From Octopus sinensis (Eukaryota): DNA of 64,000 nt. Shown here piece by piece: positions 26,079-38,659 of this stretch (within the stretch, counting starts at the first letter, position 1; the number at the start of each line of letters is the position of its first letter). Both the position numbers and the translations under genes were made by a program. Where the stretch lies: NCBI RefSeq assembly GCF_006345805.1, contig NC_043022.1, positions 20,212,001 through 20,276,000 on the forward strand. The letters are read 5' to 3'. The notes under the pieces were generated by a model. It was given only the letters and a program-made list of their open reading frames with translations, was not told where the DNA came from and did not search any database.

Positions 26079-26928
26079 GAAAATGTGTGAGATCCTTGGT
26101 ACATTTGGATGGTGCTTTTTACGTACCACCAGCATGGGGAGCCAGTCAGGCAGCTGAGTTATTGTCACAGTAACTTATTGTGGCCATGCTGGAGCAACAC
26201 CTTGAAAACTGTTACCTGTTGCTGCCAAGACACATACTGTGATGTTACTGTTTGTGGCTATTGCTCAGTGCCAGATGTAGCCATTGTAACACAGACACAC
26301 ACATACTCGACAGGCTTCTTTCAGTTTCCATCTACCAATTCACAAGGCATTGGTTGGCCAAGGACTACAATAGAAAGAAGACATTCGTCGAGGGTACCAT
26401 ATAGTGGGGGGCTGAAGCCACATGGATGAGAAATGAAATTCTTAGCCTCTGTGTGTGTGTGTGTGTGTGTGTGTGGCCCTGCAGCTCACTGGATCCTGTA
26501 AAACTGTCCAACCCATGCCAGCAGGGAAAACGGATGTTAAATGATGATGATATACATATACACACTTGCATATACATATAGTTACGTATACATATGTATA
26601 TGTATAAATAATACACACACATGCATTTATACATATACACACATATATACTTACATATGTGTGTGCGTGTGTGTGTATGCGTATTGCCTTCCCATCAATG
26701 TTGGATGTGTTCTCCCTTCGGTAATATCCATTCCGTTATTGGACAGATTCTTTGTTAGGTAGAATGATCTCTAGCTTGGCTAATTCTTCAAACAGTCTCC
26801 CTCTCTTCTCTCTTTCTCTCTTTCCCTTGTTCCTTCTTCCCCCCCCCCCCCCCCCCCCCCCCCGCCGCCCACTGTCTCGCTATCCATCTGTCTACCAGCC
26901 TTTCCATTCCTTATGTCTTACTCCTTCC

Positions 26929-26961
<33 letters not shown>

Positions 26962-28609
26962 GAGTTTGTTACATGATACAATGATGGTGATACTGGTAAA
27001 TGGCTCTTGCTGGTTCTCACTGACAGATACAGACTGATTCAACATGAGTCATCAAGAATGGTGCTGCTTCTTTGCTTCTGCTTCTTTTTTTTTTTTCTCC
27101 CCCCCACCCCAAGTTGGAAGGGGCTCTTGCTACCTACCTACCTACCTAAATGAGTATAGCTAGCTAGGTAGATAGATACAAAAAAGAGAGAGAATGTAGA
27201 GAAATGTATTTCTCGTATTTGGTCCCCACCCTTACAACTCCAACATCCTCTCCATTTCCTGCCGACCCTTCTTCCAACAGTCCCATTGGTTCAGAAACAC
27301 CAGCAAATTTCCAACGGACAAACATTGTATTAAAGATACCCCTACACCCTGCACTGCTCCTTCTCTGGCTTACTAGCTTGCTTGCTGGCTTGTCTGCTTG
27401 CTTGATTGCTGGTTCCTAGTTGGGTTTGCAAAACTTTCAAGTGTATCACTACTAACAGTATTGGAACTTTTTATTGTTCCTTTTCTCAAAGAATAATGGT
27501 TCTGTAGAAGCTGGCATAGGTGTGTGGTAAGAAGCTTACTTCACTTCCCAACCATGTGGTTTTGGGGTTTAGTCTCACTCTGCCACATGTTGGGGATGTT
27601 GGCTCTGGGCTTTGTGAGTGAATTTAGTAGAAGGAAACTGAAAAAAGCTTGCCATATACAGATATACGCAAAAAATTAATATAAACAGCTAGGCACAATT
27701 TAATATCATAAAGGAAAATTTCAATCATCACTAAATCTGACTAAGGGTGCCCCCCCCCCACACACACACGTATGTGTGTGTGTGTCTCATCACTGCTTGA
27801 CAACTAGTATTAGTTTGTGTCCATCCCTGTACCATATCTGTTTGGTAAAAAGTGCCTGTTAGAATAAGAACCAGGCTTAAAATAATAGATAGTGGGGTCA
27901 ATTTGTTTGACTAAACCCCGGCAAGGCCCCAGTTTGGTGACAGTCAAAAAAAAAAAAAAAGATCTGTGTTTTTTGGTTTTATTACATATGCTTTTCTTTG
28001 TTGTTTCTGGTGTCATTTTAATGTTTCCTTTCATCTGTAATATATACAAGGTCAGTTGTATTATTTGATAGGGCAATGATAGTGTTTATTACATGTTGCT
28101 CCAATCCACTTACAGTTGTACCTGTAATTCAGTAGGGCAATCCTTGTCATGTGCTTTGTCATAATGCATCTCCCTGAAAACTGTGTTATGGGTATACATG
28201 TCTGTGGTATGCTCATCCAATTACATAAATAAAATTTGTGATTTTGAAGAGGGTCGAAATTAGTAACACAAACAAGACAGTGAAAGCAAACAGGAAGGAT
28301 TGCTAAGTCTAAATGAGGTTGTGGTGGTGAACGCGTAAATCAAGCTTGGACAGGAGACAGACAAGAACACATCTTCCTTGTTCCAGCTACAATGGAGAGA
28401 AAGAAAGAAACACAAGTTAGGAGAAGAAAGAAAGATGGCCGATGGAGTGACAGAGTAATATGATAGAATAGTGGGAGAAGAGGAGGTAAGAGAATAAGAG
28501 AGAGAAAGAGAAACGAAAGAGTAAAAAGATCATATAGAGTGTGCATCAGAATTATTAAGATAAAACTTACTTGGAAGAGGATGCATGGCGTTCAGTCATA
28601 TAATAATGT

Positions 28610-28645
<36 letters not shown>

Positions 28646-28745
28646 TATATTCATAAGTATATGTATGTATGTATGTGCAGATTTGTATGTTTTATGTATG
28701 TATTCTCATGCATATAGTTACATGTCTAGACATGCTCCTATATAT

Positions 28746-29130
28746 TTAAATGATAAACTTCTGGAAAGATTTACAGATTTTTACAGTTCCAGAGATGGAT
28801 TGGATCTGTAGTCTTTGAATTAGCTTTCTCCCTTCTGGTTTTGAGAAGCCTAATTTCTTAAGATTGCTATTTAGGCAATGTGTTACATATCCCAGGGCCC
28901 TAATAATCAAAGGTATAAACATGAACTTGTAATCTGAATAGAGTAACTGCAGATTTCTTAATAGGTCAGCATAGGTAGTTCTCTTTTTCATTGATCTTCA
29001 GCTTTGTGTTAACATCCACTGGGCAGCTAATTTCCACAAATGTGCACAGTTTCTCTTCTCTATCCCAAATCATTATATCATGTTTGTTGTGCTTACATTT
29101 TATTGAGGTCTTCACTGGTACATTCTACCA
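28746..29130 (-). mobile_element. Degenerate R4-like RLE LINE fragment, second family
   Basis: Reads W*NVPVKTSIKCKHNKHDIMIWDREEKLCTFVEISCPVDVNTKLKINEKEN, then after a frameshift YADLLRNLQLLYSDYKFMFIPLIIRALG. The catalytic PD has decayed to HD, and there is a stop and a frameshift. Confidence 0.85.
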
Positions 29131-29776
29131 TATGTATGTATATATGTACACATATATCAGCATATATGTATAAAACTTTAGGTAAATATAGGCAAAAAGA
29201 TTCTCCAACTCCTACAAGTTGGCCCTTCCTAGTCACCTTTGCTGTTGTTGTTGTTGTTACATGATTATCAGATTAGATTACAGATGAGTATCTATGGATA
29301 AATCTCTCTCTCTCTCTCTCTCTCTCCCTCTCTCTCCCTCGGTTTAATGTGCTATTATATCCATATCAAATTAGTCGAAGTTGAAACTGGAATACCGCCC
29401 CCCCATGTCTTCCTTTGTGTATGTGTAACTGTGTATATGTACATATATGTGTATATGTACATATATATATGTATATATATATATATGTATGTATATATAT
29501 ATATATACACACATAATGTTTGCGTGTATATGTGTATATATATATTTATATGTGTGTGTGTGTGCATATATGTATGTATGTGTATATATGTGTATATGTG
29601 TGTGTATGTATATATATATATATATAACGGGAAGGTTTACGAAAATAATCAAAAGACGAAGGCAGGTGGAGTACAAACAAACAATGTATTAGTATAGCGC
29701 TCAGGAATAGAAATAAAACAAGTCTTTTACATTTCGAGCCTACGCTCTTCGACAGAAAGATACATGTATATATACA

Positions 29777-29828
<52 letters not shown>

Positions 29829-29838
29829 ATATATATAT

Positions 29839-29886
<48 letters not shown>

Positions 29887-29936
29887 CCAAAGTGCATGTA
29901 CATCACTATATGTATATAAAAAAAAATACAAATAAT

Positions 29937-30116
29937 GGGACAAGAATACAACAGGTGACAACAAAACATCCAGACAGATGATACAAAAAGGGACAAGAAA
30001 AAACAAGGATGGGTCATTCATGGGAAAGAAAACTCTGAATGACCTGTCCTTGTTTTTTCTTGCCACTTTTTGTATCATCTGGATGTTTTGTTGTCACCTG
30101 TTGTGTTCTTGTCTCC
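29937..30116. repeat. Inverted repeat with about 82-bp arms and a 15-nt loop
   Basis: 29937-30020 is the reverse complement of 30036-30116 with a 4-nt indel and few mismatches. Confidence 0.9.
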
Positions 30117-30131
30117 TTTTTGGTATTCTTT

Positions 30132-30163
<32 letters not shown>

Positions 30164-30499
30164 AATATTTCCCTTTCTCTAGCTTTTTGATTAATTTTGT
30201 TATTTTCTTCTCTGTGTGCTTGTGTGCATTTGTGATTTTTGCTTCTGTGCTATGTGTGTGTGTGTGTGTTGTGCGTGTGTGCGTGTGTATGTGTGTGTTT
30301 ACACAATTCTTTCACTGTTGTTTGTGGATCTGCCTTTTTCCTTTTGTGTATGTATGTGTAAATCTCTTTTTCTCCGACTTTCTGTTTTCTGTATGCATAT
30401 ATATAAATATATATATATATTTCCCCATTTCCCTTCTGTTCAGTATACATATGTATGTATGTATGTATGTGTATATTCTATCACTTTATCAATACACAC

Positions 30500-30510
30500 A
30501 CACACATATC

Positions 30511-30586
<76 letters not shown>

Positions 30587-31044
30587 TATGGTATGTATAG
30601 TGTGTGTGTATATATATATATAGATTTATATGTGTGTATAAATATATGTGATGTGTATAATATATATGTGTATATGTATAAATATATATGTATATATATA
30701 TGTATAATTATATATGTTATCTAATATATGTATAGGATATATATACATATACATGTTATAATATATGTATATATATATATATACATGTATATATGTATAT
30801 ATATATATATGTGTGTGTGTATATATATATGTATATATGTATGTATATATATATGTATATATATATATATATATGTGTATATATATGTGTATATATATGT
30901 GTATATATATATATATGTATATATATATATAATATATGTGTATATATATGTGTATATATATGTGTATATATATGTATATATATATGTGTATATATATATG
31001 TGTATATATATGTATATATGTATATATATATGTATATATATATG

Positions 31045-31077
<33 letters not shown>

Positions 31078-31090
31078 GTGTATATATATA
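30500..31090. repeat. Long (TA)n/(TATG)n tract. Similar tracts: 40570-40980 TA, 54310-54630 TATC, 15900-16330 and 55060-55300 CA/CATA, 740-1060 CAT/CCT, 4300-5060 GAT/GGT
   Basis: Seen directly. Confidence 0.95.
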
Positions 31091-31091
31091 T

Positions 31092-31840
31092 ATCATCATC
31101 ATCGTTTAACGTCCGTTCTCCATGCTAGAGTGGGTTGGACGGTTCGACCGGGGTTCTGGGAAGCCAGAAGGCTGCACCAGGCTCCAGTCTAATCTGGCAA
31201 TGTTTCTACAGCTGGATGCCCTTCCTAACGCCAACCACTCCGTGAGTGTAGTGGGTGCTTTTTACGTGCCACCTGCACAGGTGCCAGGCGGGGCTGGCAA
31301 CGGCCACGGTCAGATTGGTGTATTTTATGTGCCACCGGCACGGAAGCCAGTCGAGGCGGTGCTGGCATCGGCCACGAGTCGGATAGTGCTTTTTACGTAC
31401 CACCAGACCAGGGATCCTGGCTGGTTCAATTCGATTTCGATTTCGCTTGCCCCAACATGTCTTCACAAGCAAAGGGGGTTGGCATGGGTGCCTGTCGTAC
31501 GGCGCATTGGAGTATTTTACGTGCCACGGCCACGAGTCGGATAGTGCATTTTACGTACCACCAGACCAGGGATCCTGGCTGGTTCAATTCGATTTCGATT
31601 TCGCTTGCCCCAACATGTCTTCACAAGCAAAGGGGGTTAGCATGGGTGCCTGTCGTACGGTCGCATTGGAGTATTTTACGTGCCATGGCCACGAGTCGGA
31701 TAGTGCTTTTTACGTACCACCAGGCCAGGGATCCTGGCTGGTTCAATTCGGTTTCGATTTCGATTTTGATTTCGATTTCGCTTGCCCCAACATATCTTCG
31801 CAAGCATGGGGGGTTGGCATGGGTGTCTGTCGTTGGATGA
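31092..31840 (-). mobile_element. SINE/LINE-tail family C with RTE-type 3' end and (GAT)n tail. Other copies: 1790-1990, 13805-14045, 32578-32735, 36805-36960, 44820-45080, 48740-48980, 56020-56270, 59770-59895, 63325-63580
   Basis: The minus strand carries ttggcgttaggaagggcatccagctgtagaaac...catggaaagcggacgttaaacgatgatgat. The aggaagggcatcc motif is typical of RTE 3' UTRs. Confidence 0.8.
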
Positions 31841-31857
31841 GGTTCTATATGTATATA

Positions 31858-31893
<36 letters not shown>

Positions 31894-32276
31894 CAACACA
31901 TATATATATAGGAAGTAGGGCAAGCTAGGAAGAGCATTGAAAGAAAATTCAAACAAGACACAAATATGTTTCTTGATAAACACACCAATCACACAGCTAT
32001 TCAAAACAAATAACTCTCTGCTGAAATCCTGTCTGTTGAATGCCACTATCTCTTTGCATGTGTCCTATGTATGAAGATAGAGAGGGAGATCTGTGAAGGA
32101 GCATGTAGTTATTAATATATGTGACACATTCAGAGTCAGACGAGGACTAACAGACAAATTTCACATTCTGTTATTGATTTTACTTACTGACTTCAAAAAG
32201 ATACATAGGATGTGAGGAATGTATGTATATGTGTGTGTGTGTACATGCATACATACATACATATATATATATATGT

Positions 32277-32565
32277 GGAGGCGCAATGGCCCAGTGGTTA
32301 GGGCAGCGGACTCGTGGTCGTAGGATCGCGGTTTCTATTCCCAGACCGGGCGTTGTGAGTGTTTATTGAGCGAAAACACCTAAAAGCTCCACAAGGCTCC
32401 GGCAGGGTGTGGTGATCCCTGCTGTACTCTTTCACCACTCTTTCTTCTGTTGGCCTGCTCGCTTAACCAGCGGGGCGGCGTCATTCGAAGGCTAAAACAA
32501 TGCGAACACATTGTGACCAGCGATGTGTAGCAACATCTGATGGACTGGTCGGTCACGTGACGTGA
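32277..32565 (+). mobile_element. tRNA-derived SINE family D
   Basis: ggaggcgcaatggcccagtggttagggcagcggactcg...ggtttctattcccagacc carries A and B boxes. It is followed by a non-tRNA body and inserted between (TA)n runs. Confidence 0.75.
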
Positions 32566-33237
32566 TATATATATATATATATCATCATCATCGTTAACAT
32601 CCGTTTTCCAATGTAGCATGGATTGGACGGTTTGACCAGGGTCTGAGAAGCCAGGAGGCTGCACCAGGCCCAGTCTGATCTGGCAGTGTTTCTACAGCTG
32701 GATGCCCTTCCTAACGCCAACCACTCCGTGAGTGTGTATATATATATATATATATATCTTACACAGACACAAACTTATATGTACACACACACACACACCT
32801 ATACATACATAAATACTCATGTGTATATACATACACAAGCACACACATATGTTAGATGCAGGTGTGGAGGGGTACAGGGATAGGTGTGTGGTTGTTTTGC
32901 AGTCACATCGTTCCAAGTTCAGTCCCACTGTTTGTCATCTTCAACATTTTTTTTTCTGCTATTGAGGTACCTTGTGATTGGAATTTGTTGACAGAAACTG
33001 TGTAGAAACTTAGATGATATTTTATTTTGGTCTAATCAGTCTCCTATTTCCCTGAGTTTCACAAGTAAGGGGACAGGATCTTCAAGCGAGTCATGACTAC
33101 CATAACTTGCTTAAATTCTTGTGCACTTACTGGTAAAACTCAGAGTAGCCAGAGATTGACTCAACCCAAATAAATTATATTATTAATCCCTACTCTGACA
33201 CTGAGTACTCTTCTTCCTGACTGTTAATGCTAAATAC

Positions 33238-33286
<49 letters not shown>

Positions 33287-33329
33287 CACACACACACACA
33301 CATATTAAGATAAAGAATATATAATAACG

Positions 33330-33657
33330 CCATCATGCTTCAGGACCAGTTACTGCAACAGCCTGGGTGTCAGGGGCCCACAGCTTTTTAATATTCTCCC
33401 AAAGAGTCTGAGGTACTTGCACAAAGAAGATGTAAGGATTTTTAAATCAAAGCTGGACTTCTTCCTGTCAAGAGTCCCAGATGAACCTACCTCACAATGC
33501 AAGAGGTGCAAATGAGGGTAGCTATATCAAACTCTATTCTTCACCAAGTGCCACATAATAGAGGAGGCTCTTAGTAATAACAGGGTAGCAAAACGGTGGT
33601 GTATCAGCATGGCCACAGCTCTGAGCTAAAACTAGAGAGAAAAAAAATAAATAAATG
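33330..33657 (+). mobile_element. CR1-group LINE 3' fragment with tail
   Basis: PSCFRTSYCNSLGVRGPQLFNILPKSLRYLHKEDVRIFKSKLDFFLSRVPDEP matches the NS-x2-VRGPxLFN-x-LP...FKxKLDxFL-x2-VPDEP C-terminus of CR1-group ORF2. It ends in cagcatggccacagctctgagctaaaactag plus an A-rich tail. Confidence 0.8.
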
Positions 33658-34100
33658 CACAAATAGATGGGAAGCAGACGTAGATGGATGCCAACTCCTC
33701 AATCATCAGGTCAGTAGGTCAATTGCAATTTTGTGCTTAACTGATAATATTGCATCCCCACTAGTGGTGCCGATGGCACACACCGCTGGCTGTTGGTGAG
33801 GGAAAATGAGAAACAAGACAAAAAAGGTTTGGACAAGAATGCAATTCAGACAGTTAACATACAAATGTGGGATGTATGTACTCCAAAATGAGACAATTAG
33901 TGGAATCATGCGGGACAGAGAAGAAAACAAATGGGACTGTGAGCCTACAAATGAAATGAAATAAATAAGCGAACAAAATAAGGCCTTAAGGCCAGGTAGG
34001 AGAGAAAATAGACAATGCTGGGAGAATATCCTGGAAGAACCGATATTTCTCGTAAATAGATAACCCAATTTTTTAATGGGGGTGAGATAACCAAAAAGTA

Positions 34101-34240
34101 CTAATTGATACAAGTCCCACAAGTGGGGCAGCCACACTTTTTGACTGTTTGCGTAGGAGTTGTGGAGGGTAGTTTAGCACTTGTGAGGAATTTTTGACAG
34201 ACTTTGATTGTTTTTTTTTTACTTTTGATTATGCCTTGAT
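34101..34240 (-). mobile_element. Penelope-like element fragment (RT to GIY-YIG linker)
   Basis: IIKSKKK...KFLTSAKLPSTTPTQTVKKCGCPTCGTCIN* resembles the K-x-LT-x-AK...V-x-KCG-x-P-x-CGTC motif preceding the PLE endonuclease. Confidence 0.55.
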
Positions 34241-34896
34241 TGTAAGTAAGCATGTTCACTAAACCGTGTCGGCCTTCATTTTAGGTGCAAAATTTTCCAC
34301 ATGACACTAATGCACGGATGTAGCAGGAAACGTACAGAAGGTTCTAAATTTAACCACATGTTCATTCTGTACAAACACTTGACAGAAAACATTCAGAGCA
34401 TTGATTGATTAGTACTACCACTAGACTTGTCCAGTCAACTGTGTCGGCCTTAACTTGTGTGTGTAAGTTGAATCCACATGTTTTCATTCACACCAAAGTG
34501 TTGTGGTCGCTCTTTATGTTCCCCCGTAGATATAAGTGTGGGTTAGTACCAAGAGGAGCAATTGGTCATAGTGTAACTGCCTCATTAAGTTTCGTCTAAC
34601 TCTTACCACTCAAGAAACGTGTATGTAAGAATGCTGCTGCTGCTACTACATATATTTATTTACACATCTATACATGCACACCACACACAGACACATGCAT
34701 GCTCACACACAGACACACACACACACTACACACAGAGAAAGTTTTACTAACCACCTTTTTCTCTGTTTTTTTCTTTCCTATCATTCTTTTGATGAAGAAC
34801 TAACATCTGAAACGTCAAGGCTCTTCACCTTTTAAGCATTAAACTAATGTTTTTCACGTGCCAGTAATGCGACACTGGTAACGATCACGTTTGAAT

Positions 34897-35301
34897 ACTC
34901 TTTTTTCTCTTTTTTACTTGTTTCAGTCATTTGACTGCGGCCATGCTGGAGCACCGCCTTTAGTCGAACAAATCGACCCCAGGACTTATTCTTTTGTAAG
35001 CCCAGTACTTATTCTATCGGTCTCTTTTGCCGAACCGTTAAGTAACGGGGACATAAACACACCAGCATCGGTTGTCAAGCAATGATAGGGGGACAAACAC
35101 GTACACACAAACGCATATATATATATAATACATATATACGACGGGCTTCTTTCAGTTTCTATCTACCAAATCCACTCACAAGGCTTTGGTCGGCCCGAGG
35201 CCATAGTAGGAGACACTTGCCCAAGGTGTCACGCAGTGGGACTGAACCCGGAACCATGTGGTTGGTAAACAAGCTACTTACCACACAGCCACTCCTGCGC
35301 C
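34897..35301 (-). mobile_element. SINE family A, full length
   Basis: Same head, body and tail as the other family A copies. Confidence 0.9.
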
Positions 35302-36273
35302 TATGGTGCTTTTAAACAAAGAAAAATAAAAATCTTCTAAAATACAGGTACAAATTAATACAATTCTAAGACAGAGTATGTTTAATCTTTACCAATCCAC
35401 TTAAAAAAAGGTAAACAACTAAACTATTTTAAACATTCTGTATGTAAATTAACCAGCTTCAAGAACAAGGTCTGTTACTCAATACTGAGAGCATTGCTTG
35501 GTTTTCTTGGATTTCTGGAAGCCAGATAGGAGGTCTTGTACTGTATCTGGTTCCTTTGCTTGTGTGTATCCCTGTTCTAGAATAGGTGGTGCACCATATC
35601 CCTGCATGTTGTAAGAGGCAACTAATAGGGTTGGTGACAGGAAGGACATCCTGCAAGAAAACTCTGCCTTACAAAAAAAAATCGGGTCCAGCCCTTGCCA
35701 CAATGGATGATAAATGGATGAAAATGGCAGCTGATGAATAATTTTTGTTCTTGCTGTCTTTTTCTTCTTTATTCTCGCTCTCTCTGTCTCTCTCTTCTTG
35801 CATCACGTTCTCTCTCTTTTTCTCTCTTATCCTCTCTTCCTTTTTGTCTCTTTCTCTCTCTTTCCTTCTCTTTATTTTTAGACAGACATACTACTACTTT
35901 CTCCAGACATCCATGCTAATTGAACCGTCAGTTTTCAGGCAGTTTGTTAACCAATTCTTATGTTTTTTTTTTGTTTTTTTTAACTTTCAATTCCCCTCCC
36001 TCTCCACTGTTCCTGTCTGTTATGTTTTTGTTCAACAAACTATTATTGCAACAATAGACTAATAATTACAAAGCAAAAGAAAATTAAAATACTTAATAAA
36101 AAAAACAACAAAATCAGAAAGAAAGAGAGAGAGAGAGAGATAAAAGCTTAATGTAAAAAAACTTTTAAAAAAAAATATTGAGTTTGCCAAGAAAACATTG
36201 TAATTTTCTGAATTTATTTAATGAATTTCATCGTAATGGTTGGTAAATAGAAGGTATTTTTTTTTGTGTGGAA

Positions 36274-36358
36274 CTTCAGTATTTTGTTCCATGTCTTCAT
36301 AGGTCTCCCTCTTCCATGAGTTCCATCCATTTTGAGTGATCAGCACTTCTTTATGGAG
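36274..36358 (-). mobile_element. RTE-clade LINE C-terminal fragment
   Basis: SIKKC*SLKMDGTHGRGRPMKTWNKILK contains the G-x-x-GRGRP-x-KTW motif of RTE ORF ends. Confidence 0.7.
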
Positions 36359-36373
36359 CTGTACACACACGCA

Positions 36374-36404
<31 letters not shown>

Positions 36405-37069
36405 GAATGCCTTACACACAGATTCCATCTCCCAAATTCATTTTGGTAGATCCTTGAAATACTCAGCTTCTTACACTATAATTTGAGGCAAACTGTACTA
36501 TTAATACAAAGGCTCCAATCTATCATAGACTGTCCCACATGAAGCTTACTTTAAAAGTACACATTTCTTTGGAATACTCAGCCACTTAACCATTAATGCA
36601 GTAAGTTCTATTCATTGCAGAAACTGGAAAACTTGTCAGAATTGACACAAGATCCATCTTGTATTTGTTCTTATTTTCTTTTAAGTTTCATCTGTAAAAT
36701 CACAATCACTGACAGTGTCTCCATATGGTTGCTCAACCTGCTAGAAAATGGCAGCTAAATCTCTCTCAAAATGATGTGTTTAACCGTTTAACTATGAAAT
36801 TCATCATCATCATTGTTTAACGTCCACTTTCCATGCTAGCATGGATTGGACGATTTTGACTGAGGGCTGGCGAACCAGATGGCTGCACCAGGCTCCAATC
36901 TTGATCTGGCTGAGTTTCTACAGCTGGATGCCCTTCCTAATGCCAACCACTCCGAGAGTGTATTGGATTTCATAATTATTCCTGTAATGATGTTAAATAT
37001 CTACCAAAATATAGAAACTGCCTCAGTAAACTTAACACATCCCCCCCCCCAAATGAAAATAACAAAAAT

Positions 37070-37480
37070 AACACGACATTCTTCAGCAAAAGAAAAGATT
37101 GATATGTAAACCTCCTCGTGAAATGTGAAGACGCAGGTTGGAAAGCAGAACATTTTCCAATCAAAGTCGGATGTAGAGTGTTCGTTGGACACAGTGTGAG
37201 ACGACTGTTGTTATCGTTAGGCCTAACTAATCGTAAAGTCAATACCACCATGACTGATATCCAATCTACAGTGGAGAAGGCTAGCCACTGGATTTGGTTA
37301 AAAAGAAACGATGAGCGATGGCTAGAAGAATATTGAGCTTTGTTTGATAACCAGCTGATCTAGCAAGTAGGGCTTCATATCAGTGAGGGGTGGGGGCCGG
37401 TGCACATTTATGACGTCGAGAGGTAGGCCCCGAAACAGCATGCATTCTCTCCTGATGACCCTATACACTTGCTGGCTTTC
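37070..37480 (+). mobile_element. HERO-clade RLE LINE 3' fragment
   Basis: RKD*YVNLLVKCEDAGWKAEHFPIKVGCRVFVGHSVRRLL...VEKASHWIWLKR resembles the HERO C-terminus (CxxxGW...P-x-E-V-G-C-R-G-F...A-E-K-A-x-x-W-x-W-x-K-R). It is followed by a 3' UTR containing ccgaaac...ctgatga. Confidence 0.8.
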
Positions 37481-38056
37481 GGTATGCAGAGCTTTTGACT
37501 GGTAGCACTTGCATGTGCAAGTTGTTTGCAAGACATCTAAAGCTGCTTTCAGCAGTTGAAGGTAATGAAATTTTGATTGGCTTTACCTGATTTATGCAGT
37601 AAAAGGGTTGAAAAAAGGAGAGACACGTTTGATAATGTAGTCTTGCTTGCTAAAATAATAAATAGGAAATATATAAATGATACCAATTCAAGTTGATAAA
37701 TAGTGAGAGAAATAGGATTAAAGCAATGGCAAAATTAAATGTTCTGTTTGGAACTTACCAGAAGATTCCGTGGTCCGACTTACCGGCTCTCCAGGCATTC
37801 AGTAATCCAAGACCAAGTGGGATTACTTGGGATTTCAGCCTGTCTTTTTGTGTTAGAAATGACCAGAGGTTAAGGGGGTGGAGGAGAGGGTGTAAATTGA
37901 TTTATGGAAGGATGTAACTAGTGATGCCTATGACAGACCTATAAATATTAAGGTTGATGGTGGGGGAGTGATGGTGATGCAGAGAAAACAGTTGGTAGCT
38001 CACACACACACACACACACATGTGCATATACATACATATGTAGATCTATCTATCTA

Positions 38057-38093
<37 letters not shown>

Positions 38094-38211
38094 CACACAC
38101 ATGCATTCACTAATCGTAATGCATTCACATACACATACCTATATACACATACTCATACACACATACATATATATATATATATGCATGTACCTACATATGT
38201 AGATCTATCTA

Positions 38212-38242
<31 letters not shown>

Positions 38243-38366
38243 CATGCATGCATTCACATACACATACCTATATACACATGCTCATACACACATACATATA
38301 TGCATATATATATTTATTTATACATACATATGTTTCTGTTTGTGTTATATGTTGGTGCATTTATGT

Positions 38367-38406
<40 letters not shown>

Positions 38407-38659
38407 TCTGATCATATGAATCTAGCTAATCATGATAAGTGATTGAATGCAGAAAATGAAATCTTTCTCTGATTGCATCTGGCTCTCCCTTTTCTCTTTC
38501 TGACTTCTTTCTCCCCCCCCCAACCTTCCCTCCCTACTTTCCCACTCTTCTCACATCTTAATATATATTACATGACAGTCACTCCAAGACTCTTCCATAA
38601 AGAAATCCCTAAGATTAAAGATTCTAAACTATTTTTAACATTCTGTATGGAAATTAACC

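Noticed and set aside
28114-28173. 60-nt minus-strand exon candidate with good AG and GTAAGT sites
   Set aside because: It lies in what appears to be a SINE fragment (related sequence near 36480-36610); the peptide is unrecognisable.
32277-32355. tRNA gene-like sequence (also the heads of SINE A, B, E and 17335-17400)
   Set aside because: A and B boxes are present but no complete cloverleaf could be built, and each continues into a SINE body.
33706-34137. 143-aa minus-strand ORF
   Set aside because: No recognisable motif and no splice context; it overlaps TE debris next to the Penelope-like fragment.
37415-37460. GAAAC...CTGATGA in the HERO 3' UTR as a type II hammerhead
   Set aside because: Stems I and III could not be paired; more likely an ordinary conserved HERO tail.
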